Shown here piece by piece: positions 8,919 to 17,838 of a DNA stretch of 64,000 nt. A program made the translations under genes and the position numbers. Within the stretch, counting starts at the first letter, position 1. Each line of letters starts with the position of its first letter. The notes beneath the pieces are model-generated. The model had not been told where the DNA came from, did not search any database, and was given only the letters and a program-made list of their open reading frames with translations. The stretch comes from Candidatus Iainarchaeum sp. (GTDB taxonomy: Archaea > Iainarchaeota > Iainarchaeia > Iainarchaeales > JAFCCW01), in assembly GCA_017609985.1 (NCBI GenBank), contig JAFCCW010000001.1:96001-160000 (forward strand), written 5' to 3'.

Positions 8919-9455
8919 ATGGCTCGAAAGAAATGCATTACTAATTTTGAAATCGCACAAACAATGTTGAAAGACATGGCGGGAGACGTTGCAATAGACC
9001 TTGTAAAAATTTGTGAAAGAAAGCGAAAAGGAGTAACAGACGAAGAAATAGCAAAAAAGATGGATTTAAAAGTTACAGAAGTCAGAACAATCCTAAATAT
9101 GCTTCATTTCAGAGGAATAGCTTGTTACAACAAAGAAAAAAACAAAAAAACAGGGTGGTACAACTACACTTGGGAAATAAAACAGAAACGAATTACAGAA
9201 CTATTAATAGAAAAATACTTAGAAAAAATTGCAAAACTAGAAGAAAAGAAAGGACTGGAAGAAAACTATGTATTCTTCAATTGCAAAAACAAATGTGAAA
9301 ACCACCCATTCGAAATAGCCGCAGAATACCAGTTTAAATGCCCGGAATGTGGAGAATCAATGAACCCATTAGATAACAAAAAACGATTGAAAGAAGTGGA
9401 AAAAAGAATAAGTTTGCTTAAACAAGACCTTGAAGAGCTTAGAAATAATTATTAA
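8919..9455 (+). CDS. tfe: Transcription factor E (TFE alpha)
   Basis: wHTH TDEEIA..VRTILN, GWYNYTW, Zn ribbon C..C/FKCPECG. Confidence 0.92.
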   Translation: MARKKCITNFEIAQTMLKDMAGDVAIDLVKICERKRKGVTDEEIAKKMDLKVTEVRTILNMLHFRGIACYNKEKNKKTGWYNYTWEIKQKRITELLIEKYLEKIAKLEEKKGLEENYVFFNCKNKCENHPFEIAAEYQFKCPECGESMNPLDNKKRLKEVEKRISLLKQDLEELRNNY

Positions 9456-9652
9456 AAAACACAAATACTTGGACACATGTTCCAACACATCAAAAAAGAA
9501 AAACAACCCAACAAAAGAACCAAACTGACCCTTGTTTGGAAAACAAAGGCAAAAAAAAGGATTTTATTAAAAACAAGGATTCAAAATAAGCACAATAAAC
9601 AAATGCAAATCATTTAAAACTTTATTGCGTAGAAATATACTGTGTTTTAAGC

Positions 9653-9727
9653 AGCGGGGTGGGGCAGTCTGGAGTGCCCGTCGGGCTCATAACCCGAAGG
9701 TCGAAGGTTCAAATCCTTCCCCCGCTA
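9653..9727 (+). tRNA. Initiator tRNA-Met(CAT)
   Basis: A1-U72 pair, three G-C pairs closing the anticodon stem (GGG-CTCATAA-CCC). Confidence 0.97.
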
Positions 9728-10103
9728 CACTTATTTTCTAATAAATAAACAAATACTAAGCAATTACTAGAAAAAGAGAAAACTCTCTTTTGTCGGCACA
9801 AGACACTATTAACTAAATCAACACTCAAAAAAACAACACCAACAAAATCCAAAAAAGCAAAGTAATTACCAAAAAAATAAAACACTCACCAACCACTCAA
9901 AAAAACAAGTCTTGCTAACAAAAGCATCACAACAAGCGATAACTGGAAAAAAAACCACTCACTACACACAACTAATTTTGGGTTTGCATCACCCAAACAA
10001 AATAAGAGCAGAAAACCAAAAAAAACAAGCCTCACTTCAACCCCAAATTGCGCAAAAACTCTAAAAAATAAAGGTTTTTGGAGGAAAACAGTGATAAAAA
10101 CAA

Positions 10104-10187
10104 GTAATTACTATTAATTACACATAATTATCCTTCTTACAAACAATTACTCTTCCTGACCGTAATAATTTTAAGTCATTACGTTCA
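10104..10187. repeat. Approximately 10-bp-phased AATTAC-type repeats plus a 12-bp inverted repeat upstream of the wHTH gene
   Basis: GTAATTAC 10104, TTAATTAC 10114, ATAATTAT 10124, ACAATTAC 10143; IR TGACCGTAATAA-N7-TCATTACGTTCA 10157-10187. Confidence 0.55.
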
Positions 10188-10203
10188 TTATAATAGTGAT
10201 AAA

Positions 10204-10644
10204 ATGGGTTTAATTGAATTTTTAAAGAAAATAAAGCTTGTTTTTGGGAATGAAACCAGAATCACCCCCCAAGAAACAATTTATCAAGAACAAACAAAAA
10301 CAAGCCCCGAACCAGAGGACATCCATTCCATCTGGGATTATCTTAAATTTCAGGAAAATACTCAAGCATTTCACTTAGTGAATATAGTGGGTTTTGATGA
10401 GTGGGTAGATATGGAAGAAATTAGAAGAAGAATACTTGAACTATTCAACATAGAATACAAAAATGAAAGAAGTCTGTATCCTTATCTAAAAACATTAACA
10501 GATATTGGTTTTTTTGAAACAAACAATGTTGGGGGCAGAAGAAAATGGAGAAAAAAAGACCTCATCTTCAGAACAAAAAATAAAATCACAGAATCCGAAG
10601 AAAATAAAAAAATAACAAAAAAACTAACCCAAAAAACAGAATAA
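10204..10644 (+). CDS. Hypothetical winged-helix DNA-binding protein
   Basis: GTGA SD; EEIRRRI..SLYPYLKTLTDIGFFE..GGRRKW resembles a wHTH. Confidence 0.65.
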   Translation: MGLIEFLKKIKLVFGNETRITPQETIYQEQTKTSPEPEDIHSIWDYLKFQENTQAFHLVNIVGFDEWVDMEEIRRRILELFNIEYKNERSLYPYLKTLTDIGFFETNNVGGRRKWRKKDLIFRTKNKITESEENKKITKKLTQKTE

Positions 10645-10661
10645 AAACTTATTCTAGAGAC

Positions 10662-11261
10662 TTATTTTAAAGACTTATAATTCTCGTAAAACTGCTTTAA
10701 TTTTGGAGACTTTTGATATACTTGCTTAAACCATTGATTTGAAGTAATCGCCCCAGCATCAGCAAGAGTAGCAGAAAGATAACCAACATCATAGTTTGAA
10801 GACCCTTTATTATTAATCAAATTAAGTTCATTAAAAAGAGAATTCTTAGAATTATCTTGAGATAAAACAAAGGTTCTATCAATAAGATCTTCACAGGCCT
10901 TGGCTGCAGAAGAATCATCCACATCTTTTTCATTCATAAAATACTTGGCTTTCCAATCCCCCTTCATTTGCCAGTTGTGGGTGGGGTTGTTCCCAGTATT
11001 AAAAAAATTCAAGAGTGATTTAAAAGAACCAGGGGGAATAATAACACAATTTTTTCCTGGTTTTAAATAAGGAACCTCAGACAACAATCCTTTTCTATGG
11101 TATTTATAGCGCTTGCCTGAAGCCTTGTAAACACTTTGAGTATAACCATAAAGTGCTCTGAAAAGTTTTTGGTAAGTGTAAGAGCTATGATTCATAGAAT
11201 CAGGAACCATAAACCAGTATTGAATGAAAAAACCCTTGACCGGCAAACCCACACCCCGCAC
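10662..11261 (-). CDS. Hypothetical protein, possible Cas2/VapD-like ferredoxin-fold N-terminal domain
   Basis: FRALYGY..GKRYKYHRKGLL..VP..K..CVII pattern; fold assignment is inference. Confidence 0.55.
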   Translation of the reverse strand: MRGVGLPVKGFFIQYWFMVPDSMNHSSYTYQKLFRALYGYTQSVYKASGKRYKYHRKGLLSEVPYLKPGKNCVIIPPGSFKSLLNFFNTGNNPTHNWQMKGDWKAKYFMNEKDVDDSSAAKACEDLIDRTFVLSQDNSKNSLFNELNLINNKGSSNYDVGYLSATLADAGAITSNQWFKQVYQKSPKLKQFYENYKSLK

Positions 11262-11456
11262 TTCTTGTAATTTTATTAATGAACTATAATGGAATTGTTT
11301 ATGTATATAGTTATAACATAACTAAATATAAATATTGCTTTGAATATCTTTTTTAACTACTAAATCAGATTTAATAAATATTAAAATAAACTAGTTTTTA
11401 GATCTATTTTTATTTAATTAACTTAAAAAAATAGAATTGGGCTAGAAGACAGATAA
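11262..11456. other. AT-rich non-coding segment at the strand-skew inversion (candidate origin or terminus)
   Basis: Very AT-rich; + strand is A/C-rich to the left and T/G-rich to the right. Confidence 0.5.
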
Positions 11457-11753
11457 TTATCTTCGTCTTCTATGGTGCCCTGTTTCTTCAGCAGGTGGAG
11501 CTTCTGCTTCTGTACCACCAACAATAATGATATCTTTTGCTGATTTAACATTTTTGTAAGGGATACTTTTTTCAGTAATTATTTTTTTTGCTTCTGCTTT
11601 AGACCTGGCCTTAAGAGGCTCAGTAGTTATTGTTTCAATTCGCCCCTTTTCAAGGTTTATAACAAGGTCATAAACTTTTCCCTTATAGCCTGCAGTTGCG
11701 TTGTATATATCCATCCCAAAAAGTTTTGAAAGTCTAACACTCACACAACACAC
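11457..11753 (-). CDS. PRC-barrel domain protein (CdpB-like)
   Basis: LSKLFGMDIY..GYKGKVYDLVINLEKGRI..IPYKNVKSAKDIIIV; GGAGGTG SD. Confidence 0.85.
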   Translation of the reverse strand: MCCVSVRLSKLFGMDIYNATAGYKGKVYDLVINLEKGRIETITTEPLKARSKAEAKKIITEKSIPYKNVKSAKDIIIVGGTEAEAPPAEETGHHRRRR

Positions 11754-11830
11754 CTCCTTTGATTTTCTGTATAATAAAACCCATTGAACTATTTAAAGCT
11801 TTTGCTGGCGTTAAACCCCAGAAAAACAAA

Positions 11831-11896
11831 AAGTATACATAATCTTTTTGTTTTTTTACTGGTTGTGTTTAATTGCCCTTAATAAGTATACATAAT
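11831..11896. repeat. Direct repeat AAGTATACATAAT x2 downstream of xerA
   Basis: Identical 13-mers at 11831-11843 and 11884-11896. Confidence 0.6.
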
Positions 11897-11987
11897 AAAA
11901 ACTGATTTTTTTGAATAAAATCTTTATTTCTTTGGGGGTTGCTGATTGTGGAATAAACAAGATTACTGGAAGCGCGGGGGGTTACTC

Positions 11988-12920
11988 TCACAAAGAATCT
12001 AACGGGCTTTTTATTTTCTTTAATTCTTCTGTTGAAACCGAGGTATAAATTTGGGTGGTGGAAAGATTTGAATGTCCTAAAAGTTCCTGAATTTTTCTGA
12101 TACTTTCCCCTGCTTCAAGGAGGTGGGTAGCATAAGAGTGCCTTAGTTTGTGTGGAGTAACTTGTTTCTGGATGCTTGCTTTCTTTGCTGCCTTGCGAAC
12201 AATTCTTTGAACTGTGTCTGTGCTAATATGGGAACCATTTTTTTTTGCAAAAACCCATTCACTTGTCTGTTTTCTTTTTTTAAGATATTTTTTCAACTCC
12301 TTTGTCCATTGATTTGAAAGAATAATAATCCTGTCTTTTCCTCCCTTTCCGCCTCGCACATACCCTGTTTTTTCCCTTAAATCAATGTCTGTTGTTTTTA
12401 ATTTGACTAGCTCGCTTACTCTGCAGCCAGTGGAATAAAGAAACTGAATCATTAATCTGTTTCTTCCAAATCTAGCAGCCTTTATCAGAGATTTTACTTC
12501 TTCCCTGGAAAGGACAGTAGGAAGCTTTTTTTCCTTTTTTGCACGGGGCACATCTTTCATTATCTCAACACCAATTATTTTTGAAAGATAGAATTTGAGT
12601 GCAGAATTAACTAGTGCAAGAGTGGCATTGCTTGCGCTGTTTTCTTTTTTGATGGCTAAAAATTCAACAACGTCTGCTCTGTCAGCCCTGTTAATTGTTT
12701 TGTTTTTTGCCAAAATAAATTCTGTGAATTCGTTTGAGTAGATTTTGTACATTTTTGTTGTTTTTGCAGAATATCCGCTGATGCTTAGTTCTTGGCTTAA
12801 CCTAGTTATTTGGGGGTGTTCTGTTTGTTTGGTGTTGGGGGCGGCGGGTTTTTTGGGTAACGGGTTGTTTTTGGTTTGTGTCGCATCAAGAGCATTATTT
12901 TGAATTGGATTATCCTGCAT
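11988..12920 (-). CDS. xerA: Tyrosine recombinase XerA (XerC/D family)
   Basis: TGCRVSE, GKGGKDR, HKLRHSYATHLL, QELLGHSNLSTTQIY; N-terminal SAM-like domain. Confidence 0.9.
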   Translation of the reverse strand: MQDNPIQNNALDATQTKNNPLPKKPAAPNTKQTEHPQITRLSQELSISGYSAKTTKMYKIYSNEFTEFILAKNKTINRADRADVVEFLAIKKENSASNATLALVNSALKFYLSKIIGVEIMKDVPRAKKEKKLPTVLSREEVKSLIKAARFGRNRLMIQFLYSTGCRVSELVKLKTTDIDLREKTGYVRGGKGGKDRIIILSNQWTKELKKYLKKRKQTSEWVFAKKNGSHISTDTVQRIVRKAAKKASIQKQVTPHKLRHSYATHLLEAGESIRKIQELLGHSNLSTTQIYTSVSTEELKKIKSPLDSL

Positions 12921-13008
12921 GCTATTATTTGAGTTTTTTAGTTTTTAAGACTTGGCTTTTAAAAAATAGGTTTTTATATTTAATCGCTACATGATTTTAT
13001 TGGTTAAA

Positions 13009-13263
13009 ATGCCTCCAAAAAAAATAAGGCGATTGCCCCCTGAAGGCAAAGTGATTGAAAAGCCGGAAGACGCGGCATGGAAAAATTGGTTCAATGAATT
13101 AAGTGAAGAAGAGCACAAAAAAAACTTGAAACAACTGGGTTTAGGCGACGACGAGTTTGAAGAATGGGAGCAGATGCACGGCCATCTTGATGAGATAATT
13201 GATGGTGAAGAAGCTGCCGCAGAAGAATCTGTGCCCAAGTCTGGAAAAAAGAAAAAGAAATAA
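13009..13263 (+). CDS. Hypothetical small protein (basic ends, acidic core)
   Basis: ORF MPPKKIRRLPP... with plausible codon use. Confidence 0.6.
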   Translation: MPPKKIRRLPPEGKVIEKPEDAAWKNWFNELSEEEHKKNLKQLGLGDDEFEEWEQMHGHLDEIIDGEEAAAEESVPKSGKKKKK

Positions 13264-13372
13264 CCCCTTTTCCTTAAAAGATAGGTTTAAAAGGAGTTGA
13301 ACACACTATTAATGTATACTATTTTTCTCAGCAGTGTTTGCTTGAGATATAGGACTATTCAAAAGGTGTTTT

Positions 13373-13543
13373 ATGATGACTACGTTTTTAGATTCTGGTG
13401 TGGATGAGGAAATGCGCATGAGCCTTCTCGAAGAGGAGTTTAAGATGCGCAAGAAACAGCCAGAGGCTTGGACAAAGACCAAGTATAGAAAATATGCAAA
13501 CTTTGGCATAAAAAAGAAAGACAAGAATGAAGAAGCAAAGTAA
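13373..13543 (+). CDS. Hypothetical 56-aa protein, not in the ORF track
   Basis: AGGTG SD; MMTTFLDSGVDEEMRMSLLEEEFKMRKKQPEAW...; T-tract after the stop. Confidence 0.6.
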   Translation: MMTTFLDSGVDEEMRMSLLEEEFKMRKKQPEAWTKTKYRKYANFGIKKKDKNEEAK

Positions 13544-13645
13544 ACCAGTTTCTGTTTTTTAATTTTTTTCTTATTCTGCCAAGGCACTATAGCCAAGAGG
13601 CTAGCTTTTTCTATTTTTTATTAAATTAAAAAAGAGAAAGAAGAA

Positions 13646-13933
13646 TCAGAGTTTAGTCATTTTTCCAAATTTGCCAGTGCTTACCTGCAAATTACCTTGG
13701 TATTCATTAACCCAACCCTGTTCAATCTTTACTTTATCTCCTTCAACGACTTCGTCAATCTGTTCATTCCAAAGAGTCAAGGAAACCTCATCCCCATCCT
13801 CGTCCTTTGCAGCAGCACTGCATACTTTGCCTGTGCCTTGTGCTGAAGCAAAAGATCTTGCTTCTGCTTTAGAGACAATTTCCAATTCTATTTCGTCGAC
13901 CGGAGTCTTTGCTTTCAATTCTTTTACTTTCAT
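13646..13933 (-). CDS. ssb: Single OB-fold ssDNA-binding protein (SSB/RPA-like)
   Basis: D..G.VSLTLWNEQ..EGDKVKI..GWVNEYQGNLQVSTGKFG. Confidence 0.88.
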   Translation of the reverse strand: MKVKELKAKTPVDEIELEIVSKAEARSFASAQGTGKVCSAAAKDEDGDEVSLTLWNEQIDEVVEGDKVKIEQGWVNEYQGNLQVSTGKFGKMTKL

Positions 13934-14118
13934 TAAATATCACCTTTATGGAGATTGCAACAAAAAACATAAAAGCTTGTTCCCAAAAAAATGTAAGCTT
14001 TTTAAAGGATTCCAACACCCATAATACTGGGTGTTTGGCCCTAGGAATGTGTGTGAATAATTGGTTTCATGGGTGTTTTGAAGAAAGTAAATAACTAATT
14101 AAACAGGAGGAGAATTGA

Positions 14119-14457
14119 ATGGATGAAGGGAGAAACAGGCGCGGATTCTCACCAGTGCCGGTGGAAGAAGGAAAAGAATATGATATGACGATTGAAGGAA
14201 TTGGAAGCAAAGGAGACGGAATCGGCAGGATCAAAGGATTTGTTGTAATAGTTCCAAATACGCAAGAAGGTCAGACAGTAAAAGTAAGAGTAAATGCAGT
14301 TCGGGGCAAGGTTGCTTTTGCAGATGTTGTTGGAGAAGCTGAAGCAAAGCCAGCAGAAGAAGAGGGCGGAGCAGAAGAAGTTTCAGAAGATGAAGAAGAC
14401 GCTGACGCAGAAGACGAAAAAGCACCCGAAGAAGAAACAAAAAAGGAAGAAAAATAA
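14119..14457 (+). CDS. TRAM-domain RNA chaperone with acidic tail
   Basis: PVEEGKEYDMTIEGIGSKGDGIGRIKGFVVIVP; GGAGG SD. Confidence 0.9.
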   Translation: MDEGRNRRGFSPVPVEEGKEYDMTIEGIGSKGDGIGRIKGFVVIVPNTQEGQTVKVRVNAVRGKVAFADVVGEAEAKPAEEEGGAEEVSEDEEDADAEDEKAPEEETKKEEK

Positions 14458-14572
14458 TTAAAATTTTCTTTCAATTTAATCAGGCTTTTTGCCTGATATT
14501 CTTTTAATTTCATATACTCAAATATCTATGTTGTGGTAATTCAGAGTAATCTGGGAAAGGAGTGCGAATAAA

Positions 14573-14734
14573 GTGGGGTTGGGAGTAAGTCCTGTGCGAG
14601 TTGATGATTTTTCCAGGGCGCACGCAAAGTGCATGAATTGTGGAAAACAAATCGAAGGCGGGGTTGAAAAATATTCTAGGAGATTCTGTTCAGAGGATTG
14701 CAGGGCAGAGTATATAGGGCAAGAAAAGAAATAA
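14573..14734 (+). CDS. Small Zn-finger protein (CxxCG...FCSxxC, TRASH/DUF2116-like), not in the ORF track
   Basis: GGAG SD, GTG start, HAKCMNCGKQIE..RRFCSEDC. Confidence 0.7.
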   Translation: MGLGVSPVRVDDFSRAHAKCMNCGKQIEGGVEKYSRRFCSEDCRAEYIGQEKK

Positions 14735-14842
14735 ATCTTGGAATCCTGGAACAAATACTTCTTATACATAACAAGGGTTTGTTTTTTTACAAACGCGGTT
14801 CCGCACACTTCAAATTTAATTGTTTTGAGGTTGGTTCTGCTA

Positions 14843-15484
14843 ATGAAAAAAAACACTGAAAACAAAGACATTAAGTTTATTCTCGAAGCAATGGCTAAAA
14901 GCATTGATTCGCCTCCAACAGTATTGTTCCCAAACAGTTTTCAGGTTCTGATTTCCACTATTCTAAGTGCAAGAACAAAGGATGTTTCAACTGCTCGAGC
15001 TTCAAAAAAATTGTTTGCTTGCTTTCCTGATGCAGAATCTCTTTCGAAAGCAAAGTTGTCTAAAGTAAAGCAATTAGTGAAGGGCTGTGGATTCTACAAT
15101 GAAAAAGCAAAAAACATAATCAACTCAGCAAAAATAATTATTAAAGAATATAATGGGCAAGTGCCAAGCAAAACAACTGAATTAGTGAAGCTGCCCGGGG
15201 TGGGAAAAAAGACTGCCGCCTGTGTAAGATGCTATGCTTTTGGACTGGACGACATTTGTGTGGACACGCACGTGCACAGAATTTCAAATCGCCTGGGGCT
15301 TGTAAATACAAAAGAACCTGAGCAAACCCAGAAAGAGCTAAAAAAAACAATCCCAAAAAAATACTGGAAGCAGATAAACCACGCGATGGTTAAATTTGGT
15401 CAGAAAGTCTGCTTGCCGCGCAAACCCAGATGTGGCCAATGTCCTGTGGCGAAAGAATGTGATTATTTTGGAAAATTAGGTTAA
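14843..15484 (+). CDS. nth: Endonuclease III
   Basis: HhH LPGVGKKTA, VDTHVHRISNRLG, [4Fe-4S] C-X6-C-X2-C-X5-C. Confidence 0.95.
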   Translation: MKKNTENKDIKFILEAMAKSIDSPPTVLFPNSFQVLISTILSARTKDVSTARASKKLFACFPDAESLSKAKLSKVKQLVKGCGFYNEKAKNIINSAKIIIKEYNGQVPSKTTELVKLPGVGKKTAACVRCYAFGLDDICVDTHVHRISNRLGLVNTKEPEQTQKELKKTIPKKYWKQINHAMVKFGQKVCLPRKPRCGQCPVAKECDYFGKLG

Positions 15485-15544
15485 TTGGGTTACTTGGATT
15501 AATCCAATAAGCAGGTTTAAATTTTTTGCAGACACAATAGTTAT

Positions 15545-15808
15545 ATGAGTTTGATTTATGAAATTGGAAAAGGAATAACTGATTCAATTCCCGCGCTTGC
15601 TGCAAAAATTGGCACAATTCTAGTCTTATTTTTTTTCTTTGGAATGTTGCTTGGCTACTGGGCGGGAGGCCTTGGGTTGAGTCCAATAATCTTTCTTGGA
15701 TTGCTCGCGGTAATGGCTATACTGTGGGACAATCTTGACGTTGGCACAATTCTCTTTTTTGGGTTTATTGCAGTGCTAGTGTTTTTTCCTAGTTTTTTTA
15801 ATTTCTAG
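15545..15808 (+). CDS. Small membrane protein
   Basis: About three hydrophobic segments; abuts the nitroreductase gene. Confidence 0.7.
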   Translation: MSLIYEIGKGITDSIPALAAKIGTILVLFFFFGMLLGYWAGGLGLSPIIFLGLLAVMAILWDNLDVGTILFFGFIAVLVFFPSFFNF

Positions 15809-16351
15809 GTGAACAGGATGAAATTGTTTGAAGCTATCAAGAAAAGGAAAAGCATTAGGAAATTTGAAGCAATGAAAATCCCAAGAAAAGATTTGGAAAA
15901 AATAGTTGGAGCAGCAAGCCTTGCTCCGAGTGCAATGAATCAACAACCCTGGCGATTTGTAGTAATTGAAGATGTTTCTAAAAAAAAGCAAATTAGGCAA
16001 AGTTATGAAAATTGCAGAAAAGCGCTTGGGGCATACAAGCAGGACACGGAATTTGTTGAAAACGGAGTGTTGTTTGCGGTTTTTATGGAAAAAGAAAAAC
16101 TCAAACCAGAGTTCTCAACTGCCTTGGCTGTGGAGAATTTGCTGTTGGCAGCAACAGCTCTTGGATATGGGAGCATTGTAATGACTGCTCCGGTTTCCCA
16201 CAAACCAAGCAATGAACTTATTTGCGAGTTATGCAATAAGCCGGCGGGTCTGGAACTGGTTGCATTAGTTGTTGTTGGCAAGGCAGGGGAAGCGCCGGAG
16301 AGAAAGGAAAGGAGCGGGTTGAAAAAAACTCTTTTTTGGGAAGAATTCTAA
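15809..16351 (+). CDS. Nitroreductase-family flavoprotein
   Basis: RKSIRKF, APSAMNQQPWRFVV, AVENLLLAATALGYGS. Confidence 0.9.
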   Translation: MNRMKLFEAIKKRKSIRKFEAMKIPRKDLEKIVGAASLAPSAMNQQPWRFVVIEDVSKKKQIRQSYENCRKALGAYKQDTEFVENGVLFAVFMEKEKLKPEFSTALAVENLLLAATALGYGSIVMTAPVSHKPSNELICELCNKPAGLELVALVVVGKAGEAPERKERSGLKKTLFWEEF

Positions 16352-16405
16352 GCAGTTTTTTTTCAAACAGCAAGCTTTTAATGCAATTGCAGGCAAGAAT
16401 CTTGC

Positions 16406-17614
16406 ATGGCAGAACATCCCACACTAAAGATTAAAGGAAGCAAGAGCCAGTCTCTAACAGGCAAGCGCATTGTTTTAGGAGTCACTGGAAGCATTGCAGC
16501 AGTCAAATGCGTTGAGCTAGCCCGTGAACTGATAAGGCACGGGGCAGAAGTCTTGCCGGTCCTGAGCAAAGAAGCAAGAAGGATAATTCACCCGAACTCA
16601 ATGCACTATGCTTGTGGCAGAGAGCCAATAACAAAATTGAGCGGAGCAATAGAGCACGTACGAGAATGCGGGGTGGGCGGAATGGCAGATTTGCTATTGA
16701 TTGCTCCAGCCACGGCAAACACGGTTGGAAAGATTGTTCAAGGAATAGATGACACGCCAGTAACCACATTTGCAACAACCGCTCTTGGAAGAAAAATGAA
16801 GCTTGTTCTTGTTCCCGCAATGCATAGCTCAATGTATGAAAGCCCTGCAGTGCAAAGAAATTTAGAACAGGCAGGGAAAGACACAATAATTATTGTGAAT
16901 CCCAAAAAAGAAGAAAACAAGGCAAAGTTTCCGGAAATCGAAGACATTGTAATAGAATGCGAGCGAGCGCTTGGAAACGGAAAATTCGCTGGAAAAAAAA
17001 TTGTTGTTTCCTCGGGAGCAACACTGGAAGAAATTGACGATGTGCGAGTTTTGACAAACAAATCGTCTGGAAAAACAGGGCAGGAAATAGCAAAAGAATT
17101 CTATCGTAGAGGCGCGGAAGTAACAATAGTTCACAACAGCGGAGCACTGGTTTCAGGAATTGGGGCTCGAAAGGTTGAGACTGCGGAGCAAATGGAAAAC
17201 GCATTGTTGGAAGAATGCAAAAAAGCAGATATCTTTGTTTCTGTTGCGGCAATGGGTGATTTTGGAGTAAAGAAGGAAAAAGGAAAAATAAAGAGCGAAG
17301 AAGAGAAAACTCTGACTCTCAAACCAAGAAGCAAAACAATTGCAAAGATTAGGGAGAAGTTTCCTGAATTGTTTGTGGTTGGGTTTAAGGCAGAGTCTGT
17401 TGGGGGAAAAGAGCTTGAAAGCCGCGCACACAAATTCTTGGACAAAAACAATCTTCAGGCAGTCTGCGCAAACAACATCTCCAAACACAAAATAGGGGGG
17501 CAAGAGAACGAGGTCTTGCTGATTTCAAAAAACAAGCTTGCGAAGGCAAAGGGTTTAAAAGAAAAAATCTCACGTAATATAGTTGATTTTATAGAAGATG
17601 TTTATTTTGGCTAA
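16406..17614 (+). CDS. coaBC: Phosphopantothenoylcysteine decarboxylase/ligase
   Basis: GVTGSIAA, APATAN, PAMH, IDDVRVLTNKSSGKTG, VGFKAE. Confidence 0.96.
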   Translation: MAEHPTLKIKGSKSQSLTGKRIVLGVTGSIAAVKCVELARELIRHGAEVLPVLSKEARRIIHPNSMHYACGREPITKLSGAIEHVRECGVGGMADLLLIAPATANTVGKIVQGIDDTPVTTFATTALGRKMKLVLVPAMHSSMYESPAVQRNLEQAGKDTIIIVNPKKEENKAKFPEIEDIVIECERALGNGKFAGKKIVVSSGATLEEIDDVRVLTNKSSGKTGQEIAKEFYRRGAEVTIVHNSGALVSGIGARKVETAEQMENALLEECKKADIFVSVAAMGDFGVKKEKGKIKSEEEKTLTLKPRSKTIAKIREKFPELFVVGFKAESVGGKELESRAHKFLDKNNLQAVCANNISKHKIGGQENEVLLISKNKLAKAKGLKEKISRNIVDFIEDVYFG

Positions 17615-17828
17615 AAGGCACAATGCAGTGAAAAACCAAAAAGTTGGCGCACGCAAGCGGCACGGGTTGTCTAATGTGCCTGAAGATATTCGCAGATTTT
17701 ATATGCAACACGTTGGCCCGGAGTCTGGGCGAGTAACGCGCTGGCTTCAGCTTACAATTAAGGAAGGGAAAACCCCTGCGCAGGTGATGGAAATAATGCA
17801 AAAAGAAATACACAAAGGAAAATACTGA
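17598..17828 (+). CDS. Hypothetical basic orphan protein
   Basis: Fills the gap between coaBC and the oxidoreductase. Confidence 0.5.
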   Translation: MFILAKRHNAVKNQKVGARKRHGLSNVPEDIRRFYMQHVGPESGRVTRWLQLTIKEGKTPAQVMEIMQKEIHKGKY

Positions 17829-17838
17829 ACTGATTTTT

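Noticed and set aside
9456-10100. Hidden gene or ncRNA in the A/C-rich spacers flanking tRNA-iMet
   Set aside because: The sequence is low-complexity and G-poor, with no ORF of 60 aa or more and no convincing stems; it is better explained by the local strand skew
9653-12920. Integrated element between tRNA-iMet and the tyrosine recombinase
   Set aside because: No duplicated tRNA 3' end (att) was found; the recombinase looks like chromosomal XerA and the cargo includes a housekeeping-type PRC-barrel gene
11988-12920. Archaeal integron integrase
   Set aside because: It lacks the IntI-specific insertion before the HxLRH box, and no attC-like cassette array is adjacent
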